This document shows positions 1 through 8,713 of a stretch of 64,000 bases of DNA, piece after piece. A program made the translations under genes and the position numbers. Below the pieces are notes generated by a model. It saw nothing but the letters and a program-made list of their open reading frames with translations, did not search any database and had not been told where the DNA came from. The DNA comes from a virus (taxonomy: Duplodnaviria; Caudoviricetes). The first letter of the stretch is position 1. The number at the start of each line of letters is the position of its first letter. Location of the stretch: IMG/VR virus record IMGVR_UViG_3300017914_002346; one strand, 5' to 3'.

Positions 1-20
1 TAAAACCCAATAAAAACAAA

Positions 21-45
21 AGGTTAGGATTTTTTTTCCTAACCT
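21..45. repeat. Inverted repeat/hairpin at the end of the glycan operon
   Basis: AGGTTAGGA-T7-TCCTAACCT perfect 9-bp stem; on the minus strand it is followed by a T-rich run, so it may be a terminator. Confidence 0.45.
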
Positions 46-106
46 ATTGAAAACATTGATAATAAAAATGAACTTTTTTTAACTTTTTTTCTCAATAATT
101 ACAACA

Positions 107-310
107 CTATACAAACTTTATATCTTTTTTCTGCAAATTGTGTGGATTAATATGAGGTAAATCTCTTTTTGCTTCTTCTACTGTAAGATATGGACCAACA
201 GACCCTAAGATTTTTTGTGAACCATCAACATTAGTTCTTACACACAATACTTCATATGCTTCTTCAATAGAGAATATTCGTACTATAGGATAACTAAGTT
301 CATACGACAT
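107..310 (-). CDS. Hypothetical protein
   Basis: 67-aa ORF overlapping the stop of the upstream gene by 11 bp, same strand as the operon. Confidence 0.6.
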   Translation of the reverse strand: MSYELSYPIVRIFSIEEAYEVLCVRTNVDGSQKILGSVGPYLTVEEAKRDLPHINPHNLQKKDIKFV

Positions 311-977
311 TTATCACAACATTGAACACCTGTCTATGCATATGTTCTGGGCAGTTAATCTGAGTTACGCTATGCCATCCGACAGGGTCATTTTTAAATA
401 ATAATGAATAGTTACCAGTAACAGGATAGGTAGTAAAACTTTCAAAATCTTCTGCTTCTGGATTCATTTTTTCAACTAGTTTATTCTTATAGAAGCAGGT
501 TGTTCCTCCATATTCTTCCTTCCAGCCTTCTGGCATAAAATAGAATAAATGAGACCCGTGTTTACCTGCACTATCTACATGAGGAGACACATCTAAACCG
601 TATTGTGTTCTATGAAAATCTAATCTCATAGAAAATTTTTTAATTTTAAGAGTGTCTTTAATCCAATCGCTATATTGTTTACCTCTAAGTATTTCTTCAG
701 CAAAAGTTCTCCATGTTCCTTCTAATGCTGATAAAGGTCTGTTATATTTGTCAAAATAACTAGGTTGTTTAACATCACTTATGACCATCATTCTTCTACA
801 ATGAGGTCTTTGATTAAGTTTTCTTTGTTCAGGAAACTCATCATCGAATAAATCATTACTAGGAAAATTATCTCTGAGATAGCTAAATGTAGTATCATCT
901 AAAAAACCTGAAATATGCTCATGAGGTGCCATTCCAGGTTTATTGTAAAACTCATTCAATGTACTTGTATTAAGCAT
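300..977 (-). CDS. 2-oxoglutarate/Fe(II)-dependent oxygenase (prolyl-hydroxylase-like)
   Basis: HxD (PHVDS), W-x4-GG, distal WHSV and terminal R (RQVFN) pattern of 2OG-Fe(II) oxygenases. Confidence 0.75.
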   Translation of the reverse strand: MLNTSTLNEFYNKPGMAPHEHISGFLDDTTFSYLRDNFPSNDLFDDEFPEQRKLNQRPHCRRMMVISDVKQPSYFDKYNRPLSALEGTWRTFAEEILRGKQYSDWIKDTLKIKKFSMRLDFHRTQYGLDVSPHVDSAGKHGSHLFYFMPEGWKEEYGGTTCFYKNKLVEKMNPEAEDFESFTTYPVTGNYSLLFKNDPVGWHSVTQINCPEHMHRQVFNVVINVV

Positions 978-1671
978 AGTGTTGTTTTACCCAATCCACT
1001 TCATTTATCACTTCTTCGGGGTTTGGGTTCCCGTGGAAAACACACACTCTGCCACCTTCGGGAATCCATCTACCAAACATTTGAGAACGATCTCCGGCGT
1101 GGGCGCCTCTTTTAACTCCTTTTTTATAACTCCACAACCATTCATCAGGAAAAGGGTTGTGAAAATCAGGGTAACTATTGAGATAGTGCGAAATAACGTT
1201 CTGGTCTCCAAAGAAATGTACTTGTTTAGTATAACTGTGCCATAGTTTCCTGTTATTTATATAGTGTGTGTAAATGCCAGCACTTTGTACATTATTAAAT
1301 CTTAGAACAGAGGAATTATATTCTTTTCCAGGGAGAATACCATTGTCAGGCCGGATAAAATCTCTAATAGCAGAAAAGGATGGCCAGTCAAAAAGCTCAT
1401 CAATATTATCAACAATAACAACATCAAGATCAAAATATAAATATTCACCATCTGGTAATACTCCCGGTTTAAACATTTGAAGTTTATTCCACCAACCCAC
1501 TTCATCTGTATTTAATTCGACAGTTTTATAGTTAGGATATCTATCTACTTGATCTGTTAAGACATAGAAGTCAAAGTTGCGATTAGTATTACGACGGACC
1601 ATATTGTAAAGTCTATGAGTGTAATCGGGTCCATATTTAGTTCCCCAGTTTACGCATACAACGTTAACCAT
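970..1671 (-). CDS. Glycosyltransferase, GT-A fold (GT8-like)
   Basis: VCVNWGTKY start, WWNKL, DxD motif YFDLDVV, NSSV, GDQ, C-terminal FHGNPNP. Confidence 0.8.
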   Translation of the reverse strand: MVNVVCVNWGTKYGPDYTHRLYNMVRRNTNRNFDFYVLTDQVDRYPNYKTVELNTDEVGWWNKLQMFKPGVLPDGEYLYFDLDVVIVDNIDELFDWPSFSAIRDFIRPDNGILPGKEYNSSVLRFNNVQSAGIYTHYINNRKLWHSYTKQVHFFGDQNVISHYLNSYPDFHNPFPDEWLWSYKKGVKRGAHAGDRSQMFGRWIPEGGRVCVFHGNPNPEEVINEVDWVKQHYA

Positions 1672-2026
1672 CTTTTTTCATTTGCTCTCTAATCTTAGTA
1701 GCTGAAATTGATGTAAACTCTTCTCCAAGTTCTTCTTTTTCAATCTTATAACCAACATCTCTACCATAAGTAATATGTACAATGTTAGGTACAGATAAGA
1801 TAGTGTAATCTTTAAGAGTTTCGAACCCTGCTTCTGTTAACTTTTCAGCTATCTGCATAACTCTTTCATCTACATCATAAGGATTATTTTCATCAATTTC
1901 AGTAGTACGCAGCATAATAGCTACTTGACCAGTTTTTGAATGTGCCCGTCTAAAAAGTTCTGTATGCCCTTCATGCCAGGGTTGAAATCTTCCAAGCATC
2001 TGTGTAGTTGGTTTTGTCCAATCCAT
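1664..2026 (-). CDS. HxGH nucleotidyltransferase (cytidylyltransferase-like)
   Basis: GRFQPWHEGH and C-terminal ISATKIR motifs. Confidence 0.8.
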   Translation of the reverse strand: MDWTKPTTQMLGRFQPWHEGHTELFRRAHSKTGQVAIMLRTTEIDENNPYDVDERVMQIAEKLTEAGFETLKDYTILSVPNIVHITYGRDVGYKIEKEELGEEFTSISATKIREQMKKDG

Positions 2027-2379
2027 TTTTCTATCCTTAAATCATATTTCATTGGAGGTTCAAATAATTTGTTAGTATCTTCGTATCTACCTTCGTTAAT
2101 AGTATCCATCCAAATAGTAAAGTTGGGGTTAGCTATTTTTCTTAGATATTCTGTAGGAGAAACAAAGTCTAATATACCCCAATAATTACTCATTCTTTGT
2201 GCTTGTCTTCTTCTTCCCGTAGGTGTAAAATCCCAATCATTGTAGAGCTCTCTTACAGTGTCTGCACAGTAATGAGGTATACAAAAGTGATATGCTAACT
2301 CTCTAGCTAACCAAGTTTTACCAGATCCGGGAAGCCCGCAAATAAGTATTTTTCTAAAAGCCATTGGCTCACCTATCAT
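1921..2379 (-). CDS. Adenylylsulfate-kinase-like P-loop kinase
   Basis: GLPGSGKT Walker A, ADTVR, DWDF..GR.RQA.RM, DFVSPT; likely start at MAFRK; 3' end overlaps the next gene by 106 bp. Confidence 0.7.
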   Translation of the reverse strand: MIGEPMAFRKILICGLPGSGKTWLARELAYHFCIPHYCADTVRELYNDWDFTPTGRRRQAQRMSNYWGILDFVSPTEYLRKIANPNFTIWMDTINEGRYEDTNKLFEPPMKYDLRIEKWIGQNQLHRCLEDFNPGMKGIQNFLDGHIQKLVK

Positions 2380-2719
2380 TATTAAAACCCACAGACTCTC
2401 TAACTATATCTTTTTCAGGAAACTCAGCCCAATACAATTCATAAGCAACTGCATCTTCTAAACACTCAAATTGGTGTTGTACACCAGGTTTTACTTTAGT
2501 GTATTCACCCGGACCTAAAACAGTTTCATCTACTAAATCATAATCGTTTTGCCATACACGAATAAGCAGTTTACCTGATTCTACAAAGAAACCATTCCAT
2601 TTAAACTCATGCAAGTGCTTTGAGCATACACCACCTGCTTTTGTTTCAATACGATGAAATTCTAATACACCGTTACGTTCTACTAATTCTGTAGTTCCCC
2701 ATACTTTACCTGCAATCAT
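2369..2719 (-). CDS. Cupin-domain protein (sugar isomerase/epimerase-like)
   Basis: KVWG start, CSKHLH, FFVESG, PGVQHQF cupin motifs. Confidence 0.7.
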   Translation of the reverse strand: MIAGKVWGTTELVERNGVLEFHRIETKAGGVCSKHLHEFKWNGFFVESGKLLIRVWQNDYDLVDETVLGPGEYTKVKPGVQHQFECLEDAVAYELYWAEFPEKDIVRESVGFNNDR

Positions 2720-3498
2720 TTTACTACTCTTTCTATCTCTAAAAGTTTTTGTATGATACCTACCATATCTTCTAATTTGACCATGTTTGGTCCGTCTGAT
2801 GGTGCGTCATCAGGGCTTGGGTGTGTTTCCATAAAGAACGACTGTACTCCAACTGCAGCTGCTGCTCTCGCAAGTGTTGGAACGTACGATCTATTTCCTC
2901 CCGACGACGTTCCGTTTCCACCAGGTTTTTGTACACTGTGCGTTGCATCGAAAACAATATCAACATCAGTATAATTATCAAGCATGTACTGGATGCCAGT
3001 GAAATCATTAATAAGAGTGTTGTATCCAAAACTAGTTCCTCTTTCTGTTATCCATACTTCTTTAGCATTTTCTGTCTTAGTTAAAATACCTGCAACATCC
3101 CATGGAGCTAAAAACTGACCTTTTTTAACATTAATAATAAAGTCGGTGTCACAAGCACTTTTAATTAGATCAGTTTGTCTACATAAGAAAGCAGGAATCT
3201 GTAATACATCTAAAGCGTTTCTATAATCTACAGAAGCACTATTTACTTGCCATATTTCATGAACATCAGTTAACGTCTTAAGACCTGGTATAGCTTCTTT
3301 AATGGCTAAAAAGTCTTCTAGCGTTTCATGAAACCCTAAACCTCTTTTTCCAGATAAAGATGTTCTATTAGCTTTATCGAATGATGCTTTGAAATAATAT
3401 TCAAAGTTTAACACTCTACTTAACTCATGAAGATGTGAAGCAATTTCTAGAGACTGCTCATATGATTCATGTTGACATGGACCTGCAATAATTCTCAT
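2716..3498 (-). CDS. kdsA: KDO 8-phosphate synthase
   Basis: IIAGPC, KASFDKANRTS, TDVHE, QIPAFLCRQTDL, KKGQFLAPWD, ERGTSFGY, DATHSVQ, SDGPN motifs. Confidence 0.95.
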   Translation of the reverse strand: MRIIAGPCQHESYEQSLEIASHLHELSRVLNFEYYFKASFDKANRTSLSGKRGLGFHETLEDFLAIKEAIPGLKTLTDVHEIWQVNSASVDYRNALDVLQIPAFLCRQTDLIKSACDTDFIINVKKGQFLAPWDVAGILTKTENAKEVWITERGTSFGYNTLINDFTGIQYMLDNYTDVDIVFDATHSVQKPGGNGTSSGGNRSYVPTLARAAAAVGVQSFFMETHPSPDDAPSDGPNMVKLEDMVGIIQKLLEIERVVK

Positions 3499-4250
3499 CT
3501 ACGTTCAATATCCAACTCTGTTAACTCATCACCAAACCAAGTTTCTATTACTTTAGCAGGTTCTTTACCTCTATTATAAGCTTTATGCCAAACTTGTTGC
3601 CCGATATCAAAACTTTGTGTCGGAATAATCATATCAGTTCTTTTTACGCCCATCCACTCTGTCTCAATAGTTACTTGACCTTGTACTACATGCCAATGTT
3701 CTGATCTATGACTATGTCTTTGATCAGATAAACTCTTATTAGGTAGAATAGTTAACTCTTTTACAGCCCAACCTTCGCCTTCATCTAGTACTCTATACCA
3801 ACCCCAAGGTCGTTCTGTTTTAGGTGCTTTCCAGTCTTCTAATATCCAAGAAGAGCTGTTCATTTTATTTTTACCACCCACACCAAACTTAAACTCTACA
3901 TCAAACTCAAAACTCATATCCATTTCAGGAATGTTTGATTTAGTTCTGTCTCCACCGTTCATAAAGATGAGTTGGCTATCTGGAAACATTGCTGCAGCTC
4001 TTTCAATAAGATCACTAGCAGAGTCATCTTCATCAGAAAAGTCTGTTGCGTAGTTTACATCATGTAGAGCTTTTAGAATGCGAACTCTTTCTTGAAAAGG
4101 CATGAAGAATCTACCTTTCTTTCTACATAACCAATCATCAGAGTTAACACCTACTAATAAAAAGTCACAAGCGTTTTTTGCAGCTTTAATGTAATTTATA
4201 TGCCCTGAATGTATAGGGTCAAAGCCTCCTGATATAATACCTATTTTCAT
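3495..4250 (-). CDS. Fusion of HxGH cytidylyltransferase and mannose-6-phosphate-isomerase-type cupin
   Basis: SGGFDPIHSGH, NSDDWL.RKKG, NGGDR; C-terminal RPWGWYRVL, LSDQRH.HRSEHW. Confidence 0.85.
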   Translation of the reverse strand: MKIGIISGGFDPIHSGHINYIKAAKNACDFLLVGVNSDDWLCRKKGRFFMPFQERVRILKALHDVNYATDFSDEDDSASDLIERAAAMFPDSQLIFMNGGDRTKSNIPEMDMSFEFDVEFKFGVGGKNKMNSSSWILEDWKAPKTERPWGWYRVLDEGEGWAVKELTILPNKSLSDQRHSHRSEHWHVVQGQVTIETEWMGVKRTDMIIPTQSFDIGQQVWHKAYNRGKEPAKVIETWFGDELTELDIERR

Positions 4251-4930
4251 TATTCAATTCCAAACATTTCTTTAATTTCATTTTTCCATAGTTCACCATG
4301 AGGACAGTTATGGTATTCTTTAAACCAAGGACCACCATCTGTATAGTGAATAAGAACTGGGTTTTCTTGTTCTATGTCATAGTAACCTGCTAAGAAATTA
4401 AACTTAGGTGGCAGTTTACCTATTCTTTCATCATTAGCCCACATCATTCTATGTAGATACATAGGCGTCTCTGTATTGACTACTTCTGGTGTTAGTGATG
4501 TGCAGTTCTTATTATTAAACAACATTACAGAGGACCAGTTCTTTCTAGGGTAAATGTGCTGCTCTCTTCCATCCATCTTAACCATTGACTTGGGATCATA
4601 GTCATGCTGCACACAATAAACATCTTTACCATAATCAGCAAACTCTAACACAAACTCTAAATCACTAAGACAAACCATATCACAGTCCATAAAAAGAGAA
4701 TAGCCTTCATAGTTACTAAGATGAGGAACTAAAAATCTACTAATAGTAAATTCTGTAGAACCTTTTTTATCATTATCTCTAGTATATAACCCCTGTTCTC
4801 TCAGCTCATATAACTTAAGAGGATATACTTCAATATTAGGATTATGTTTAAGAATAGAGTGTTTTGCAACTTCATACGCAATATCTTCTCTACTATCCCA
4901 ACCTATAAAGACTTTTAGATTATCTGACAT
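4250..4930 (-). CDS. Glycosyltransferase, GT-A fold
   Basis: VFIGWDSRE, STEFT.SRF, FMDCDM (DxD), YPRKNWSS, HYTDGGPWF. Confidence 0.8.
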   Translation of the reverse strand: MSDNLKVFIGWDSREDIAYEVAKHSILKHNPNIEVYPLKLYELREQGLYTRDNDKKGSTEFTISRFLVPHLSNYEGYSLFMDCDMVCLSDLEFVLEFADYGKDVYCVQHDYDPKSMVKMDGREQHIYPRKNWSSVMLFNNKNCTSLTPEVVNTETPMYLHRMMWANDERIGKLPPKFNFLAGYYDIEQENPVLIHYTDGGPWFKEYHNCPHGELWKNEIKEMFGIE

Positions 4931-5667
4931 TTACTATTCTCCATCATGACTTCCCAAGCGTCACCTAGTTCATTTCTTTCAAAAGAAGACCAAGTTAAGT
5001 TATCAAATACTTTCATTCTATCTGGTTCTTCTATCATTGCGTCTGTTTCTAACTGTTCTATATTCTTTGATGCACCTTTAGCTGGACACCAACCTAAAGA
5101 AATTGTTGGTGTACCAAGTCGCATTGCTTCTAATGCTGCAGCAGAACCCCAAGTAATCACACAATAGGCTTCTTTTATTTGCTGCTCTAAAGGTCTTGCT
5201 TTGCGACCTTTTGCAGGTTTACCTCTTACTATTATATCTTTATCTGTATATAAGTTCACATTATGTGCAATATAGTTTAAGAAGTTACGCAACCCGAACG
5301 TGTCCATATAAGGAGGAGATGGAGGAAGGACAAGTATTTTATCTCCTGTCCCTCCTCGCCACGGTAGTAGTTGCGTGCCGTGTTCGAATCTTCTACCTTC
5401 TCTCATAGTAGTTGGAGCGGTAGAATTAAGTAGTACTCTTTTATATTTACCTAAATAGCCATTATCCATACACACCCAAGGTATTTTTCTATCAATAGCT
5501 TGTTTAATTACTTCATCCATTCCTCTAAGTACACCGTGTACTACAACACAAGATGCATCATCTGGTACTATTGTACTAGGAAGTTCTATAAAGCTAGCTT
5601 CTTGATTTTGAACTAACTCTCTAACATTTGTAGCTTTAATATTTTTATCTAAGTACGCGTATATCAT
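4915..5667 (-). CDS. Putative glycosyltransferase, KpsS/KpsC-like C-terminal domain
   Basis: TDKDIIVRGKP...AYCVITWGSAAALEAMRLGTPTI pattern shared with three paralogs in the operon. Confidence 0.5.
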   Translation of the reverse strand: MIYAYLDKNIKATNVRELVQNQEASFIELPSTIVPDDASCVVVHGVLRGMDEVIKQAIDRKIPWVCMDNGYLGKYKRVLLNSTAPTTMREGRRFEHGTQLLPWRGGTGDKILVLPPSPPYMDTFGLRNFLNYIAHNVNLYTDKDIIVRGKPAKGRKARPLEQQIKEAYCVITWGSAAALEAMRLGTPTISLGWCPAKGASKNIEQLETDAMIEEPDRMKVFDNLTWSSFERNELGDAWEVMMENSKCQII

Positions 5668-6458
5668 GCTCTACGTTCTGGCGAGTAACCCTGATCTTTT
5701 CTTTTACCTTTAAGATGATCTAAATACTTCCCGAGAGGTCCAGTAACAAAAGGATGACGAGATGAGCCATCGCCGATATCAATAGATACATTACCATTGG
5801 CTTCTTTTTCAACATATTTTTCAGCTGCCCACCAAACATAGCTATCATGCCATTCTTCAAGTTGAAATAATGCTCCTTCATCATATAACCATTTCATTAG
5901 TTGAAAGTACCTATCATAGTACTTGTTTTGTGTATCCCATATCATGAAACCACACTCAGGGTATACATTAGGACGACCAATTCTAGTCCATAGTTTACCC
6001 TCTTCTACTAAACTATTAAGAAAGTCTATAGGTATATTTTTAGTTGCAACTACATCAGCATCACACCAAACAATATATCTTGCCTCTGAATTTTGTCTAA
6101 AATGATCAATAGCATAATACTTATGACTAAACCTAGTAGCTTCGAATAAGTATCTAGAACCAGTAGTTACAGGTCCTTCTCTATGTGATCTAGGATCTTC
6201 TCCATTAGGTCCTAATACTTTTTCTTCCCATGGCGCTGCAAGAATAGAAAAGTCATTATACCTTTCACCTATACTGTCTTCAAAACTTCTAAATGAAACG
6301 TTACCGTGTTGAGTTAAAGGTTCATCCATATCTTCATAGTAACAAGTTAAATGTACTTCAGATGGCCAAAACTCAGAAAAGGTTTCAACCATTCTGTCTC
6401 CATACTTATCGTATCCTGCTTTATGAAATGTAGTAACTACATCAAACTTATCTGCCAT
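5664..6458 (-). CDS. Putative GT-A glycosyltransferase
   Basis: VVTTF, RFSHK, WCDAD (DxD), ECGF, EWHDS, YLDHLKG; paralog of the next gene. Confidence 0.65.
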   Translation of the reverse strand: MADKFDVVTTFHKAGYDKYGDRMVETFSEFWPSEVHLTCYYEDMDEPLTQHGNVSFRSFEDSIGERYNDFSILAAPWEEKVLGPNGEDPRSHREGPVTTGSRYLFEATRFSHKYYAIDHFRQNSEARYIVWCDADVVATKNIPIDFLNSLVEEGKLWTRIGRPNVYPECGFMIWDTQNKYYDRYFQLMKWLYDEGALFQLEEWHDSYVWWAAEKYVEKEANGNVSIDIGDGSSRHPFVTGPLGKYLDHLKGKRKDQGYSPERRA

Positions 6459-7215
6459 GTGCTTGTACTCTTTCTTTAGAAAAACCTACGTGCTTTCTTC
6501 CACCTTTCATATGGTCGAAATACTTACCTAATGGACCTGCTACTAAAGGATGTCTAGAGTTAACACCATAACCTAGATCAGCAGTTGTAATTTTACCTTG
6601 CTCTTCTAATGTAAAGGTAGCATAATCAAAAGCATAACAATCATGAGACTCTTTAAACGTAAAAATTTTATCTTCTGTATAGCAGCTATCATAAAGATTA
6701 CACCACTCTTTATGCATTTCATGTTCTGTATCCCAGATCATCATACCAGTCTCAGTAAACTTCTTTCGCTGTCTTCTATCAGGAAAAGAGTTATAGTGAT
6801 TACCTTGTGTAAGATTGTCTAATAATTCAGTAGGTACATCTTGTAAGGTCATTAAGTCTGCATCTAAATAGATGACGTATCTAGTTCTAGGATTACGTAA
6901 CTCTTGTAATTGTGCATAGACTTTTTTACTAAACTTAACAGCCTGTCTTTTGCTAATATCACCACCTACCATATCATCAAAGATATCTTTATCTTTATTA
7001 CGTTCAGCAAAGTCTTTTGAACCTGTAATGTAATCATCAAAGTTTAGAATATGAACTCTACTAGAAGGTTCATATGGTATTTCTTGTTGTCCCTCCAAGT
7101 ATACATATGCATTAATATCAGAAGGCCAATGCTTATCAAAAGAAGGTACGCTATGTTTTCCATAAACGTCCCAATACTTAGTTGGAAAAGTCATAATGAC
7201 TGAATAGTTACTCAT
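6448..7215 (-). CDS. Putative GT-A glycosyltransferase
   Basis: KFSKK, YLDAD (DxD), ETGM, ESHDC, YFDHMKG; tandem paralog of 5664-6458. Confidence 0.65.
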   Translation of the reverse strand: MSNYSVIMTFPTKYWDVYGKHSVPSFDKHWPSDINAYVYLEGQQEIPYEPSSRVHILNFDDYITGSKDFAERNKDKDIFDDMVGGDISKRQAVKFSKKVYAQLQELRNPRTRYVIYLDADLMTLQDVPTELLDNLTQGNHYNSFPDRRQRKKFTETGMMIWDTEHEMHKEWCNLYDSCYTEDKIFTFKESHDCYAFDYATFTLEEQGKITTADLGYGVNSRHPLVAGPLGKYFDHMKGGRKHVGFSKERVQAHGR

Positions 7216-7742
7216 GTTAAGTCCTGCATTATATCTATAGTAAGAGACTTAATGTTAATCTCTCTTGGTTGGTTAATCATCCACACGACAGCATTAGCGA
7301 CATCTTCAGGTCTCATTTTAGGTGCATCAATATGTTCTACCATTTTAGTATTCATTCTACCTGGTTTGATAAGAGAAACTTTACATTTACTATTAACTAA
7401 TGCTAATTGTTGACAAGCTTTCTCTAATGCTGCTTTATGTACACAGTAAGGATGTACTTTCATTCTGTCACCATCACTAGCAACAGAACCTACATTTATT
7501 ATATGACAATATCTATCTTTGTTAGCTTCGACTAACTTATATAATATCTCTACTTGCGCAAACCCGTTGTGAGAACAATTTATATACACGTTAAAATCAT
7601 TCTTGATAAACTTGTAAAGACTAAAGTCCATATCATATTCAGGTCTATCTAAACAAGTAACTTCTAAAAGAGGTGTATCTCTTTCTAACTTTTGTTTAAT
7701 AGCAGAACCTAGTCCGCCTCTACTACCAGTTAAGTATATCAT
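7212..7742 (-). CDS. Short-chain dehydrogenase/reductase
   Basis: TGSRGGLG Rossmann motif, IINVGS, YxxxK (YCVHK), PG..NT. Confidence 0.8.
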   Translation of the reverse strand: MIYLTGSRGGLGSAIKQKLERDTPLLEVTCLDRPEYDMDFSLYKFIKNDFNVYINCSHNGFAQVEILYKLVEANKDRYCHIINVGSVASDGDRMKVHPYCVHKAALEKACQQLALVNSKCKVSLIKPGRMNTKMVEHIDAPKMRPEDVANAVVWMINQPREINIKSLTIDIMQDLT

Positions 7743-8713
7743 TAATTACTATGCCGCCATATATCTTTTCTTACCATATCTTTAATCATAGCCTCGAAAG
7801 TCCATTCGGGTTCCCAACCTAGTTCTTTTTTAGCCTTATCAGAACTTGCATGTAAAGATACTAAGTCATTAGGTCTAACAAATTCAGGATCAGATACTAC
7901 ATGCTTTTCCCAATTATCTATAGCCGCAGCATCGAAAGCTACTCTACAAAGATCTCTAATTGTCTTTTTAACACCTGTTGCAATAATATAATCTTTAGCT
8001 TCTTCTTGTTGCAACATTAACCATTGAGCTTTAACAAAGTCTTGGGCATGACCCCAATCACGTTCAGCATCTAAGTTGCCTAACTTAATAACATCCTTCT
8101 TTCCATGATAGATTTGTGCTACACCATCAGTTACTTTACGAGTTACAAATTCAATACCTCTTAAAGGTGATTCATGATTGAATAAAACACCTGAACAAGC
8201 AAACATATCATAACTTTCTCTAAAGTTACGAGTAATATGATAACCAAACAGCTTAGCTACACCGTAAGGTGATGCCGGCATGAAAGCTGTTTCTTCTGTT
8301 TGTACACCATTAGTACTATTATTACCAAACATTTCAGACGTACCTGCTTGATAAAACTTAATCTTAGGATTAATACGTTTAATAGCTTCTAAAAAATTAA
8401 GAGGACCTAACGCATCAACTTGAGATGTAGTATGTGCTAATCTCCATGAGCTACCTACATAGCTTTGTGCAGCTAGGTTATAAACCTCTGTAGGTTCAGA
8501 AGCTTCAACAGCATCAAATAGACTACCAATGTCAGTTACATCGGCTGTAAATAGTTTTAAACCTCTTTCTCTTAGATCTAAAAAATCTAAATTAGAGTAG
8601 TTAGGTACGGAATACCTTTTTATAATACCATATACTTCATAACCTTTATCTAGTAAAAGGTCAGCTAAGTAACATGCATCTTGACCTGGAAAGCCAGATA
8701 TTAATGCTCTCAT
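7742..8713 (-). CDS. gmd: GDP-mannose 4,6-dehydratase
   Basis: G..GQD..YLA, YNLAAQSYV, YQAGTSEMFG, SPYGVAK, FNHESPLRG.EFVTRK, LGNLDA.RDWGHA. Confidence 0.95.
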   Translation of the reverse strand: MRALISGFPGQDACYLADLLLDKGYEVYGIIKRYSVPNYSNLDFLDLRERGLKLFTADVTDIGSLFDAVEASEPTEVYNLAAQSYVGSSWRLAHTTSQVDALGPLNFLEAIKRINPKIKFYQAGTSEMFGNNSTNGVQTEETAFMPASPYGVAKLFGYHITRNFRESYDMFACSGVLFNHESPLRGIEFVTRKVTDGVAQIYHGKKDVIKLGNLDAERDWGHAQDFVKAQWLMLQQEEAKDYIIATGVKKTIRDLCRVAFDAAAIDNWEKHVVSDPEFVRPNDLVSLHASSDKAKKELGWEPEWTFEAMIKDMVRKDIWRHSN

